Shown one piece after another: positions 1 to 8,980 of a DNA stretch of 64,000 nucleotides. Each line of letters begins with the position of its first letter. Position 1 is the first letter of the stretch. The notes below the pieces were generated by a model. That model ran no database searches. It saw only the letters and a program-made list of their open reading frames with translations, and was not told where the DNA came from. Origin of the DNA: a virus (lineage: Duplodnaviria > Caudoviricetes); the IMG/VR virus record IMGVR_UViG_3300028603_000041, positions 5,998-69,997 of that record; one strand, 5' to 3'. A program made the position numbers and the translations under genes.

Positions 1-1093
1 ACTCATACCGACTCCCCCACCCAGTGTCCAGGCTGGCTTCAATACCGTCCCAAGCTTCCTGCACCATCTGGTTCAGCTCGTCTTGCAGGTTATTTTCCAT
101 CACGTACTTGATAAGGTCCTTCATCTGCTTCTTCACGCCCCACTGCTTGACTTCGATCCAGCCTCCGAGCTTGGCTAGAATGTTTTCCTCGCAGAGGAAA
201 TCCACGCTGGTCATAATATCTTGTATTCCATACCGTTCATAAACCCACAGCTTGCAGTCACGTTTCTTTCCGGTGATATGGTTTTTAGTTACCTTGCATT
301 TTATCCTTCGCCCGATAGCTCGACCTTTCACCTTATCAACTTCCAGCTTGCTCAGCCAGCACCGCAGCCGGCAGAAAAACTCTAAAGCCCCGCCACCTGC
401 TACGGTTTTAGGATCAAACATACTGCCGATATTGGCTATGGTCTGGCTTACAATCATGAGCATGCTGTCTGAATCCGTGATGCCGCCTTTGATCTCACGG
501 AACATCTTTTTTACATACTTCTGTTTACTCATGTTGTAGGAGCCAGAGCCTTCTTTGTTGCTTTCATGAGCCTTTTTGTTCTTTCGTGTTTCTTCCAGCT
601 CGTTTTTGCTTGGCAGAGCATCAAAGCTATCTACAACGCAGACAAATGGCTGCTTTGAATCTAACAGCTCAAGTAAAAAATAATGCAGTTCTTCTATGGT
701 TTCTGGTGCTCTTAACTCCTCTTCCTCAGCATCTGGAGTTCGCAGTTCCACACGCTCTTTTACCTTGCTGCCAAACAAACTCATACAGGTCATGCTGGCT
801 TCTTCATCCAGATAGATCAGTCTGTAATCATTGAATTCTGGAAGCTCGCAAGCTTCTGCTAGGGAGTTCATGGCAAGCACAGTTTTACAAGTGTCGCTGT
901 CCCCAATCGGGTTCACTATCCTACCACAAGGCCACCCTCCATCTACCCTGTCACTCAGTACGCAGTTGAGAACAGCGCAACCAGTCGGCAGAAACAACCT
1001 TACAGGCGGCTCCCGATAGCTTTCCCCCTCCGAGACTGCTTTCTCTAGCACTTGCTCAGCAAGCGGCTTTTTGGTCCTCTCCTTAGGCGGCAT
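1..1093 (-). CDS. uvsX: RecA/UvsX-like recombinase (runs off left edge; absent from ORF track)
   Basis: Manual translation from ATG 1093: LPTGCAVLNCVLS..GGWPCGRIV, P-loop GDSDTCKT, Walker B VVDSFDAL, IVSQT, GGGALEFF, KVTKNH; 364 open codons to window edge. Confidence 0.85.
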   Translation of the reverse strand, partial: MPPKERTKKPLAEQVLEKAVSEGESYREPPVRLFLPTGCAVLNCVLSDRVDGGWPCGRIVNPIGDSDTCKTVLAMNSLAEACELPEFNDYRLIYLDEEASMTCMSLFGSKVKERVELRTPDAEEEELRAPETIEELHYFLLELLDSKQPFVCVVDSFDALPSKNELEETRKNKKAHESNKEGSGSYNMSKQKYVKKMFREIKGGITDSDSMLMIVSQTIANIGSMFDPKTVAGGGALEFFCRLRCWLSKLEVDKVKGRAIGRRIKCKVTKNHITGKKRDCKLWVYERYGIQDIMTSVDFLCEENILAKLGGWIEVKQWGVKKQMKDLIKYVMENNLQDELNQMVQEAWDGIEASLDTGWGSRYE

Positions 1094-1289
1094 TCTCTAC
1101 CTCCTCCTTTAACCATTGTTTGAACCTTTCATGGTGCACTATGTACGCTCCCTGCTTGCCGGTTGGTTGGATGGCAAGCTGCTTATCTTTCAGCAGCTTG
1201 AGGAAGGTAGGGTAACTGATCCCCCCTCCTGCCTCTATATATCGCCGATAGGCATCTGAGCCATTTATGTATTCTTGTTTTTCTGGCAT
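1083..1289 (-). CDS. small DNA-binding (excisionase/HTH-like) protein
   Basis: 68 aa with RBS AAGGAGG; ISYPTFLKLLK..GAYIVHHERFKQWL resembles Xis/MerR-type HTH. Confidence 0.5.
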   Translation of the reverse strand: MPEKQEYINGSDAYRRYIEAGGGISYPTFLKLLKDKQLAIQPTGKQGAYIVHHERFKQWLKEEVENAA

Positions 1290-1307
1290 TGTGTGTGCCT
1301 CCTTTAC

Positions 1308-1331
1308 AGGCTGGGGAATGACCCCCAGCCT
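1308..1331. other. intergenic hairpin downstream of SSB gene
   Basis: AGGCTGGGG / CCCCAGCCT 9-bp stem; no U-tract in the minus-strand direction. Confidence 0.55.
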
Positions 1332-1354
1332 AACCGTTACTTACTTCTTGTTAC

Positions 1355-2566
1355 TTACTCCGCTGCTTCCATACAAGCTTCGTAGCTTGTTTCAGGGCAG
1401 GTTTTGCATTCATCAAACTCGTTAAACCCTTGCGCCCCAAACGGATGACCGAATGGGCATTCCGTAGAGCCAGCTTCATCTTCCGTGGGAGCATCGTTAT
1501 CCCCAAACAACAGCACCCAGGCTCCGGACACCGCGCCATACACGAACTTGATATCGCTGCGGGCATAGAACTTGTGGATATCCTTACCTTTTGCGTCCTT
1601 TAGTTCTGCTTTTTTGGAGAACTCCAGCAGCTCTTCTTTGGACCATGCCTTCATGGCCTCGACCTGCTCAGCCACGCTCAGCTCGTCAAAAGGGATATCG
1701 TCCTCTTCGCCCCCTTCAGGTTCTTGTTCAGACTCCGGTCCTTGCTGGTCATTCGGCGGAACTATATCTTCCTCAGGGATCTCATAATAAGCAGCCTCAA
1801 GTGCAGCTGGTTCAGTCTTGATCAACAGTGAGGAAAGCTCGATAGCTCTTCCCCAAATGTCCTTAGGTACTGGGGCATCCTTACGAGCAACAAAGTCGAT
1901 GCTGATGGGCTTTATCCAGTCTTTCTTGCCTCCAAGCCCAGCACCTTTCCACTGGATATCCAGCGCCATCCCATCTTCACCATCCAGCCAGAAAGCCGCC
2001 CATTCCTCAGCCCGTGGGTTCTCGATTCTACTGTTTAACAGCATACCAAACCCTACCATATTTCCGCCACCATAGGGTTCGTTGATAAGGCAGAGTTCTT
2101 TGCTGTCATGGTTGTACACCAGCATCAGGTCCCTGTTCTTGGCTTTCTCTTCCCGAATCTGCTCCTGGTTAGCATCCCAGTTCTTGGAAAGCTCAGCAAC
2201 GTTTTCACAGATAGCACATTTGTTCCGCGGGTTGAAGGTGCGAGGGCAGACGTAATCCTTGCGGTCATCCCCAGCACCGATGCTGCGGTGCACCTTGAAC
2301 GGGCGCTTGTACCACAGCTCACCAGGCTCCACTTTGTCCGGGTGATGTTTCTCTTCCACAATGTAAGGGATCACGCTAAGAAGGGTCCTTGCTCCGTCCT
2401 TGTACTCCAGCATCTTAATATTCGCCGGCAGCTTCAAGTACCCTCTGCCCTGGTTTTCCTGCTGTTGTTCCCGTGCCCGCTGCTTTGCCCTGGCTGCGGC
2501 CGCTGCCTTACGATCTGAAGCTGCCGCCGGGCGCCCAGTTGTTCGTCCTCTTGGTTGTACTGCCAT
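1355..2566 (-). CDS. gp32-like single-stranded DNA-binding protein
   Basis: YKRPFKVHR..YVCPRT..CAICE Zn-binding core, acidic tail, position next to UvsX/UvsY. Confidence 0.75.
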   Translation of the reverse strand: MAVQPRGRTTGRPAAASDRKAAAAARAKQRAREQQQENQGRGYLKLPANIKMLEYKDGARTLLSVIPYIVEEKHHPDKVEPGELWYKRPFKVHRSIGAGDDRKDYVCPRTFNPRNKCAICENVAELSKNWDANQEQIREEKAKNRDLMLVYNHDSKELCLINEPYGGGNMVGFGMLLNSRIENPRAEEWAAFWLDGEDGMALDIQWKGAGLGGKKDWIKPISIDFVARKDAPVPKDIWGRAIELSSLLIKTEPAALEAAYYEIPEEDIVPPNDQQGPESEQEPEGGEEDDIPFDELSVAEQVEAMKAWSKEELLEFSKKAELKDAKGKDIHKFYARSDIKFVYGAVSGAWVLLFGDNDAPTEDEAGSTECPFGHPFGAQGFNEFDECKTCPETSYEACMEAAE

Positions 2567-2581
2567 AGTATTTTCCTTTCT

Positions 2582-3088
2582 CTACTTGGTTCTCGGTCTC
2601 CTGGCCGCTGCCGCAGCTTTTGCATTAGCATTGGCTCTGTCCTTTACTTTTTCCTGACTCTCTTCTCCAAACCTCTTTCCCGCCCATTGCTCATACTCTC
2701 TTGGCTCGATTGGTTGAGCAAAGTATTCTTGCCCGTGTAACCGCACCCAGTTTTCCAGGGCTGTTTTCTTCACCTGAACGGCGTCATAAGCTACCTGCAC
2801 AAGCCTCTGGTTGTGCTGGGCCATGTTGTAGGATTCCACTGCATTTAAGAAATCCGGGTCCAGATCAGCTGCGGCTTTTACCGCATCGACCGGTTTCTGC
2901 ACCTCAGCCAGGGCTTTCTGGAAAGCCTTTGCTTTGGCAACGTCAAGGGCTTCTTTAGCCTTGTCGGTCAGCCTCCTTGCTTCTGCCAGCTCCTCACCGT
3001 ATTGCAGGGTAAGGTCTGGTTGCCTAGCCCATTCAAAATGCAGGTTGTTATAATCGATTGAAACGTCCCGCGCGTAATTCACACCCAC
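2582..3088 (-). CDS. uvsY: UvsY-like recombination mediator
   Basis: VSIDYNNLHFEWARQPDL followed by long helices, YDAVQVKKTALE; neighbours SSB and UvsX. Confidence 0.65.
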   Translation of the reverse strand: MGVNYARDVSIDYNNLHFEWARQPDLTLQYGEELAEARRLTDKAKEALDVAKAKAFQKALAEVQKPVDAVKAAADLDPDFLNAVESYNMAQHNQRLVQVAYDAVQVKKTALENWVRLHGQEYFAQPIEPREYEQWAGKRFGEESQEKVKDRANANAKAAAAARRPRTK

Positions 3089-3109
3089 CTCCTCTCAGCA
3101 GTATTTGCG

Positions 3110-3199
3110 TCACCACGAATCCCGGCCGTGCTTGTATCCAGTGCCGTAACAGACTGCGCCGAAGATTGCTACAACTGCGATAATAAGATACGTTTCCAT
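3110..3199 (-). CDS. 29-aa single-pass membrane peptide
   Basis: METYLIIAVVAIFGAVCYGTGYKHGRDSW after a purine-rich RBS; fills the gap between genes. Confidence 0.4.
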   Translation of the reverse strand: METYLIIAVVAIFGAVCYGTGYKHGRDSW

Positions 3200-3244
3200 C
3201 AGTTCTTCCCCTTCCCGGCGTTTTCCAGTACCCCGAATATCTTC

Positions 3245-3403
3245 TTAGTGCGCTCCTGGATTTTGGGCCATCACGTTGCCCTGGGATATGATGGTTCCAA
3301 CTGCGGACATCAGTACTATCTGCATGTCCTCTTCCTTGGTCCCTTTGGACTCCAGGAATTCAATCACCTCATAGGCGAGCTTTAGCTTCTCACTCAGTTT
3401 CAC
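3245..3403 (-). CDS. small hypothetical protein (52 aa)
   Basis: GTG start overlapping the upstream TGA, RBS GGAGGT; MKLSEKLKLAYEVIEFLESKG. Confidence 0.5.
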   Translation of the reverse strand: MKLSEKLKLAYEVIEFLESKGTKEEDMQIVLMSAVGTIISQGNVMAQNPGAH

Positions 3404-3684
3404 AAATCACCTCCTCTGTGATAGTCGGCATAATCGATTGCTTGCCCGAGGCCGACGAAGAACCACCGGCTCAACTTCACCAAAGCGTAACCACAAGCCA
3501 ACCCATACACAAACATTAACATTTTCCCCTCCCCCTTCGGTATTGTCTTAACCAGTTCTCTAAGCTCCTTCTCCGCCCTGCCTGCCGCATCCAGGAACCG
3601 ATTATCTCCGGTCCTCCGTTTCCAGAGTTCTATATTGCCCTGGTAGACGGTCATGCAGTTGGCTATCTTACGATTCTCCGCCAT
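3400..3684 (-). CDS. hypothetical protein with C-terminal hydrophobic segment
   Basis: ATG 3684 has RBS AGGGGAGG; ORF track start 3726 is probably too long. Confidence 0.5.
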   Translation of the reverse strand: MAENRKIANCMTVYQGNIELWKRRTGDNRFLDAAGRAEKELRELVKTIPKGEGKMLMFVYGLACGYALVKLSRWFFVGLGQAIDYADYHRGGDL

Positions 3685-3710
3685 GCGTTCCCTCCCCTGA
3701 TACAGAAGGT

Positions 3711-3735
3711 TAATGTTTAATTTCAAAAAGTAAAG
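3711..3735 (-). promoter_or_regulatory. degenerate copy of the repeated early promoter motif
   Basis: TAATGTTTAATTTCAAAAAGTAAAG resembles TAATGGTTAAATTTTAAAAAGTAAAG at 16061 and 25632. Confidence 0.45.
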
Positions 3736-3743
3736 TAAAACTT

Positions 3744-4670
3744 TTATTCTCCTTCTGCAAACAAGCTGGTATGGATATTACTCAGCAGCCTAGCCATAGG
3801 AGTGTAATTGAACAGATGCACCACTGCCATAGCTCCCTCATCTCCTCCCAAAGCCACCTTGGCAAAGTATTCAGACATCACATATCCTGTGCTGTCCGGG
3901 TCCGTGTCTATGGTTTGGATTAGTTCGGTGATCTCCTTCCAACTGTAATTTCCACTCTTCCTGGCATCGTTTATTAACCGGCATAGGGTCACTGCTTGGT
4001 TCCTATTTTCTGCCCATTGCTTTGCACATGACGCCATTTGCTTCTCTGGCAGATCAATAACTTTATCCAGTATGTTCAGAGCTACGCCAGGGGAACCCAG
4101 GCTATCTTGAATGATCTGTTGGAGGATCTCTTTTGGTACTTTCTTTCCCTCAGCCTTCAAGGTGCGGTAGAGTAGTATGGAAAGCTCCCGGTCGCTTACT
4201 GGCTTCACTTGGAACTCTGTGCAGCGCCGCTTGAGAGTAGCCTTCAGCTTTTCAGGATTCGTTGTAGCTAGCAGGAACCAACAGTCCCGTGGTGGGTCTT
4301 CCAGCAGCTTCAGCATGGCTTCCTGCCCATCCGAGGAAATCTTGTGGCACTCATCCCACAACCACACCCTTGCTCTAGCTTGCCCGAGGGGTCGGTTCTG
4401 ACTTGCTGCTCTGACATCTCGTACCGTGTCGATACCGCGGAAGTCACTGGCGTTGAGCACCTTGAAGTTCCAGCCGTTCTTGTCGATTGCTCCAAGCTCG
4501 TTGGCTACACAAGTGGCTAAGGTGGTTTTGCCACAGCCTGAAGGTCCGATGAACAACAGGCTGCGGTTCGGCCTATCCTTAGCCAGGTGAGCTTTTAGGG
4601 TCATTACGGTATCCTGGTTACCTATGATCTGGTCCAGGTCGGTAGGCCGATGGTCGGTATGCAGTGGCAC
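3744..4670 (-). CDS. clamp-loader AAA+ ATPase (DnaX gamma / RFC-like)
   Basis: HRPTDLDQIIGN, GPSGCGKTT, WDECH, LLKLLEDPP, ATTNPEKL, arginine finger RRC. Confidence 0.88.
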   Translation of the reverse strand: MPLHTDHRPTDLDQIIGNQDTVMTLKAHLAKDRPNRSLLFIGPSGCGKTTLATCVANELGAIDKNGWNFKVLNASDFRGIDTVRDVRAASQNRPLGQARARVWLWDECHKISSDGQEAMLKLLEDPPRDCWFLLATTNPEKLKATLKRRCTEFQVKPVSDRELSILLYRTLKAEGKKVPKEILQQIIQDSLGSPGVALNILDKVIDLPEKQMASCAKQWAENRNQAVTLCRLINDARKSGNYSWKEITELIQTIDTDPDSTGYVMSEYFAKVALGGDEGAMAVVHLFNYTPMARLLSNIHTSLFAEGE

Positions 4671-4774
4671 TATTTCCCTCCTTTTCCTTTACTTACAGCA
4701 CCAATTGTATATTCATATTTTGGATAGTACCTTATACTTCTCAAGGCTAATCTTAGAACTTCTTTATTTTCCAT
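4670..4774 (-). CDS. small hypothetical protein (34 aa)
   Basis: RBS GGAGGTGAAGGA; stop overlaps the clamp-loader GTG start. Confidence 0.35.
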   Translation of the reverse strand: MENKEVLRLALRSIRYYPKYEYTIGAVSKGKGGK

Positions 4775-4929
4775 TCCTTCACCTCCTTGTTTAATAACTT
4801 TTTTGCAGCTTCAATCGCTTCTTCTCTGTTATTCACATCGTCAGACAAAGGCATTATTTGGCCGTCTTTGGACACCTACCACTGATTTCCAAACTTATAG
4901 ACGTAGGGAGACCATTTTAATTCGGTCAT
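4753..4929 (-). pseudogene. small ORF interrupted by an in-frame TAG
   Basis: MTELKWSPYVYKFGNQW*VSKDGQIMPLSDDVNNREEAIEAAKKLLNKEVKEWKIKKF; TAG at 4876-4878; RBS GGAG. Confidence 0.45.
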
Positions 4930-4950
4930 TGATCTCCGCATTCATAGATC

Positions 4951-6381
4951 CTATCTCACCTCCTTCTTTTCAAACCAGTTCCCATCTACCGGAGTGGCAT
5001 CCGCTTCAACCTCAAGCGGTACGATAATCCAGTCCCAGTGCTTGCGGATATCCTCAGCCATTATCGGGATCACTTCCTGCTGGTTGGTCTGGAACTCCTC
5101 ATCATGCTCATCAGTTGTAAGCTCATCATGGATCTGTCCAACTATCTTGCTCCTCCACCCCTCCCCTTTACCCTTCCACAGCTTGTTCACCTGTATCAGA
5201 GACCAGAGTAAACAATGGAATGCCGGCCCCTGGATCGGGTAGTTTCCGAGCTGAAACGGAGTTAAAACCCCTTCTACCCGGAACCCTGTGAGCATATCGA
5301 AGTACCCTTTTCTGTTGTAGGCCTCGATATGCTTATCCCGCCATTTCTTGAATCCAGGGAACATATCGGTCCAGAAACCCTCTATGACCTTGATGATGTG
5401 CTTCTCAAAAGCATCATAACTCTTGATGCCTTTTTCCTTCAGGTGTTGTTGCACGGTCTTGTCCGGATCATTTGGCATGCGCAAAGGCATCTCAACCATC
5501 TGCCCCCACAGCCCTCTTGCAGTATTCTCCGGTTGCTGCAGGTAAAACTGCGGGAACACATAGGCATTCTTCCCTGTCTGCCGTATCTCTCCACCGTACC
5601 TACCGGCTTTTTTAGTGCATAGCTCTTGAGGTAGCAGGAAGGCCATAGAAGCGCAGTCCCGGTGCATATCGTCCCCCTGCTCAATGTACCGGATCATATT
5701 CTTGTCCTGATGGTTGCAGGCACTTATCCTGACTTCAATGCCGCCATAATCCCTGCCTACCAGCCGGTGGCCTGGGCGAGGGAGGAAGGCTCTCCTAACC
5801 AGCTTCCTGTCCTGTTCGTGGCGGTTGGGTTGGTTCTGAAAGTTCGGATCTGAGCTTGAACCGCGGTAGCTCCTGGCTCCACCGCCTTTGTCATCATCAT
5901 AGCTGTTCAGGTGGAAGAAAGGGTGGATATATCCGTCTGCCTCGCTCTCCTGCAGTAGGTTCTTGAGGTAGGTGTTACCCATCTTTTGCACGTTCCTGAT
6001 CCGCAACAGCAGCCTGACATCATCCCTACCCAAGGATTCAAGGGCTGTATTATCCACTGAGGCCAGCTGCTGTCCCTTTTTACCGCCCCTTGTTTTCCTG
6101 CTGGTTTGCAGGCCCATATCGGTATAGAGTATTTGTCTTAGTTGGTGATCACTGCCGAAGTTGGTTGAGTTCCGGTACCGCTGCTTGAAAGCTATTCCAA
6201 GATCGGTCTTTTCCAGCTGAGCTGTGAGAGCCTTTTCCTGCCTTGCAAGGTTGGCTATCATCTTTTCGCAGTAATCCCGGTCACACCTTATGCCGTTGAA
6301 TTCGGCCTCAGCCAAGGCTAGGGAGCCCTCATGGAAGAGTTCGTATGCCTCTTTCGTGGTTGCGGTGATCTTAATCGACAT
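4951..6381 (-). CDS. polA: family A DNA polymerase, polymerase domain (split gene)
   Basis: SSSDPNFQNQP, motif A DYGGIEVR, motif B RQTGKNAYVFPQFY, NYPIQG, motif C QIHDEL; no exonuclease domain. Confidence 0.92.
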   Translation of the reverse strand: MSIKITATTKEAYELFHEGSLALAEAEFNGIRCDRDYCEKMIANLARQEKALTAQLEKTDLGIAFKQRYRNSTNFGSDHQLRQILYTDMGLQTSRKTRGGKKGQQLASVDNTALESLGRDDVRLLLRIRNVQKMGNTYLKNLLQESEADGYIHPFFHLNSYDDDKGGGARSYRGSSSDPNFQNQPNRHEQDRKLVRRAFLPRPGHRLVGRDYGGIEVRISACNHQDKNMIRYIEQGDDMHRDCASMAFLLPQELCTKKAGRYGGEIRQTGKNAYVFPQFYLQQPENTARGLWGQMVEMPLRMPNDPDKTVQQHLKEKGIKSYDAFEKHIIKVIEGFWTDMFPGFKKWRDKHIEAYNRKGYFDMLTGFRVEGVLTPFQLGNYPIQGPAFHCLLWSLIQVNKLWKGKGEGWRSKIVGQIHDELTTDEHDEEFQTNQQEVIPIMAEDIRKHWDWIIVPLEVEADATPVDGNWFEKKEVR

Positions 6382-7744
6382 ACCCGAACTCCTTCCTCTG
6401 CTCCATAGCTATAGCGAATTCATATGCACTATCAAGACCGTTTCTTTGTAACAGATCGGTCACTGGTATTTCATCGATACGGTTTAGGGCATTACTGTCT
6501 GCAGCCCTCAGCAGCGATTGAGTATCATCCTTGAAACCCAGTATCCCTAGCCTTGTGTAGGTCTGGAAGGCGACATTCGCATTGGCTCTACGGTTATCCA
6601 ATACATGAGCTGCCGTAACCGTATCCCACCACCACTGCTTGATCTCAAACCCTTCCTTTGCTCTTGTCCAGACATGCTCAAATTTTATGTTTGCCCCGAT
6701 CTTCCGGACCGTTTCAAGCTGCATTAGCTCCCGGTACAGAGCGGCAATCTTTGAGTCATTTAACTGCCACATCCATGCCCACACCTGCTCTGGTCCATCT
6801 GCTATAGAGCAGCTAACTATTCGGTGCTCCTTGCCGTAGGGTTTCAAACCAGTCGTTTCATAATCCAGGGCTATGGTAAGATGGTCAATCTTTAGCTGCT
6901 CTGTCTTTTCTGGATCGGCCTTGTAATCGAGCATGGCCTGGTGGTATTTGGGGTGTTCTTTCCACAACCGCATCCACTCCTTGCTGCCAGGCTTTACTCC
7001 AGCCCAGGGAGCAGATTCTTTGACTAAGCTCCTTGCTTTCCCATACTGCCACAGCTTCAGCAAACGTCCTTCTACCTGGTAGGGTTCGGTTAGCTGGATG
7101 ACATCTGGCTCAAGCTTCTTTGGAAGTAGTTGTTCGGTTAGAGAAAAAGCTCTCTGGATATCTTTTTTCCACAACACGGCAGCGGCCGGTGTTTGGTATT
7201 CGGCCCGCTCAACATAGCTTGGGTGAAAGGTAGGGCAGATCCAGCACCCGAGATCGTGGTCCGGTATAGTTAGGCCACGCCATCTGGATATCGTCAGGTC
7301 GCTATCATGCTTCCACCTTCCGCCTAGTAACGATATCACAGCAGGTCCACCTAGCAGCAGAATCACTTTGGGGTGGAATCTCTGGATCTCATCGAATATG
7401 TGCTTGCGGCACTGAGCTATTTCATCTGGTGTTGGGGTTCTGTTACCGGGCGGTCGGCACCTAACGCTATTTGTTTTTCTGCAATCCCTATCCAGATCAA
7501 TGCCGAGGGCTCTAAACTCCCACCTGACCCTCTGCCCCACCTTACCGATCAGCTGCACTCCCTTCTTGTCTTCATCCTCTCCAGGGGCCTCAGCCAGCAC
7601 AAGGATCTTTTTCCTACCCTCCCCGGTAGGTTCCATCTTCGGATGCAAACAGCCAGTCGCCAGCCCACAGGAAGAACAACCTGTGGTCCTAACTGGAACT
7701 ACTGCTATCTTCTTTAGCGAACTGTGAGTGAATAGCCTAGCCAT
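6371..7744 (-). CDS. family 4 uracil-DNA glycosylase domain fused to 3'-5' exonuclease (N-terminal half of SPO1-like polymerase)
   Basis: AEAPGEDED, NSVRCRPPGNRTP, TFHPSY (UDG); ALDYETTGL, ANIKFE, NGLDS (Exo I-III); likely start ATG 7744. Confidence 0.88.
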   Translation of the reverse strand: MARLFTHSSLKKIAVVPVRTTGCSSCGLATGCLHPKMEPTGEGRKKILVLAEAPGEDEDKKGVQLIGKVGQRVRWEFRALGIDLDRDCRKTNSVRCRPPGNRTPTPDEIAQCRKHIFDEIQRFHPKVILLLGGPAVISLLGGRWKHDSDLTISRWRGLTIPDHDLGCWICPTFHPSYVERAEYQTPAAAVLWKKDIQRAFSLTEQLLPKKLEPDVIQLTEPYQVEGRLLKLWQYGKARSLVKESAPWAGVKPGSKEWMRLWKEHPKYHQAMLDYKADPEKTEQLKIDHLTIALDYETTGLKPYGKEHRIVSCSIADGPEQVWAWMWQLNDSKIAALYRELMQLETVRKIGANIKFEHVWTRAKEGFEIKQWWWDTVTAAHVLDNRRANANVAFQTYTRLGILGFKDDTQSLLRAADSNALNRIDEIPVTDLLQRNGLDSAYEFAIAMEQRKEFGYVD

Positions 7745-7958
7745 GGTAAAGATCCTCCACAAACCGGATAGCCATTGCAGCCACCTGAATGGCTTCTTTT
7801 CGCATACGATCATCTGCCGTGACTAGCTTGCTACCTTTGATGCAATCCCACAATTCATCCAGCTCTTCCTTTATTACTGCCCAGCCTTCGTGGTTACTGT
7901 GAAATGCTGGGTAGTTTTCATATGATCTTTTTATTTCTTCCCGGATTTCGTTTTCCAT
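7737..7958 (-). CDS. all-alpha NTP pyrophosphohydrolase (MazG-like)
   Basis: HEGWAVIKEELDELW..EAIQVAAMAIRF. Confidence 0.65.
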   Translation of the reverse strand: MENEIREEIKRSYENYPAFHSNHEGWAVIKEELDELWDCIKGSKLVTADDRMRKEAIQVAAMAIRFVEDLYHG

Positions 7959-8980
7959 AGGTTGCCCTTTTTGTTTGCTGCTGTTTTGAGATACCTAACC
8001 ATCACGTTGAAATAGGTTTTCTTCAGTTCTACACCAATGAACTTGCGGCCCATTTTCAAAGCCTGATAACCTTCTGAGCCGATACCAGCAAACCAGCTCG
8101 CCACAGTTTCTCCAGGCATTGACCAAAGCTCAAGACATCTAGCTATCGCCTGTAGCTGCAGCGGGCATATATGCCGCTCATCATCTTTTTCTCTGGCCAG
8201 TCTGATGTTAAGCGTATCTGTCTGGTTTATGTCCATCCATACCGGACTCGCATATCTTTGCCAGACCATGTGGCTGTATTTGTTAGTTGCTGGATCATCG
8301 GTCTTGCCCGCTCTTGGTTCGTTCTTCTCCCCAATGTAGCTATCAAATCCATTCCCTCTATTTATTGGTACTGGATTTTCACCAGGCTTGACAAATGTAA
8401 GCAGCATATCGGGAATACCTGCTCTGCATCTGGAAGAGTCCTTTACTACTTGTTTGTGTGCCAAACCAAGAGCTTTGGTTCTAGTAGCTTCCACTAAAGG
8501 ATCTTTCCATATTATATGCCTACTGTAAAAGATCCAGCCGTGTTGTTCCATCATGGATCTCAAGTGGCTGGGAAAGTCTTTCAGTCCCATGTAGCCATCC
8601 CGCTCCAACATTGCCGGAATATCTGCGCAGTGCAAAGTACATAATCTGCCGGGTAGAGTGGTCCTCAACATCTCAGGCACAAGATATTCAAAATGATCAT
8701 AGAACTGCTTATCGCTAGAATTACCTAAGTCCCTGATGCTGGCTGAATATGTAAACAATGAGCTGAATGGAGGACTGAATATAGTGTAATGCACTGATTC
8801 AGTAGGAATCCCTTTTATGACTTCAATACTATCCCCATGATAAGCTGCCCAACCATCCCCGCTAGCTTGATCCAGCACTCTTGGAGCTTGTCTGTTCTTG
8901 TGGGTCTGTTTCAGCAGCTCAGCCTTCAGACGCTTGGCCTCACTTTCATGGTGCTCGATTTGCTTCAGGTAGTCATCCAT
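7931..8980 (-). CDS. N4-cytosine/N6-adenine DNA methyltransferase (beta class)
   Basis: catalytic FSPPF, HICPLQ, SAM-binding WFAGIGSEG, FIGVELK. Confidence 0.9.
   Translation of the reverse strand: MDDYLKQIEHHESEAKRLKAELLKQTHKNRQAPRVLDQASGDGWAAYHGDSIEVIKGIPTESVHYTIFSPPFSSLFTYSASIRDLGNSSDKQFYDHFEYLVPEMLRTTLPGRLCTLHCADIPAMLERDGYMGLKDFPSHLRSMMEQHGWIFYSRHIIWKDPLVEATRTKALGLAHKQVVKDSSRCRAGIPDMLLTFVKPGENPVPINRGNGFDSYIGEKNEPRAGKTDDPATNKYSHMVWQRYASPVWMDINQTDTLNIRLAREKDDERHICPLQLQAIARCLELWSMPGETVASWFAGIGSEGYQALKMGRKFIGVELKKTYFNVMVRYLKTAANKKGNLWKTKSGKK

Noticed and set aside
4951-6381. Intein or group I intron splitting the polymerase
   Set aside because: No intervening sequence, no LAGLIDADG or C-terminal HN motif; the two ORFs overlap directly.
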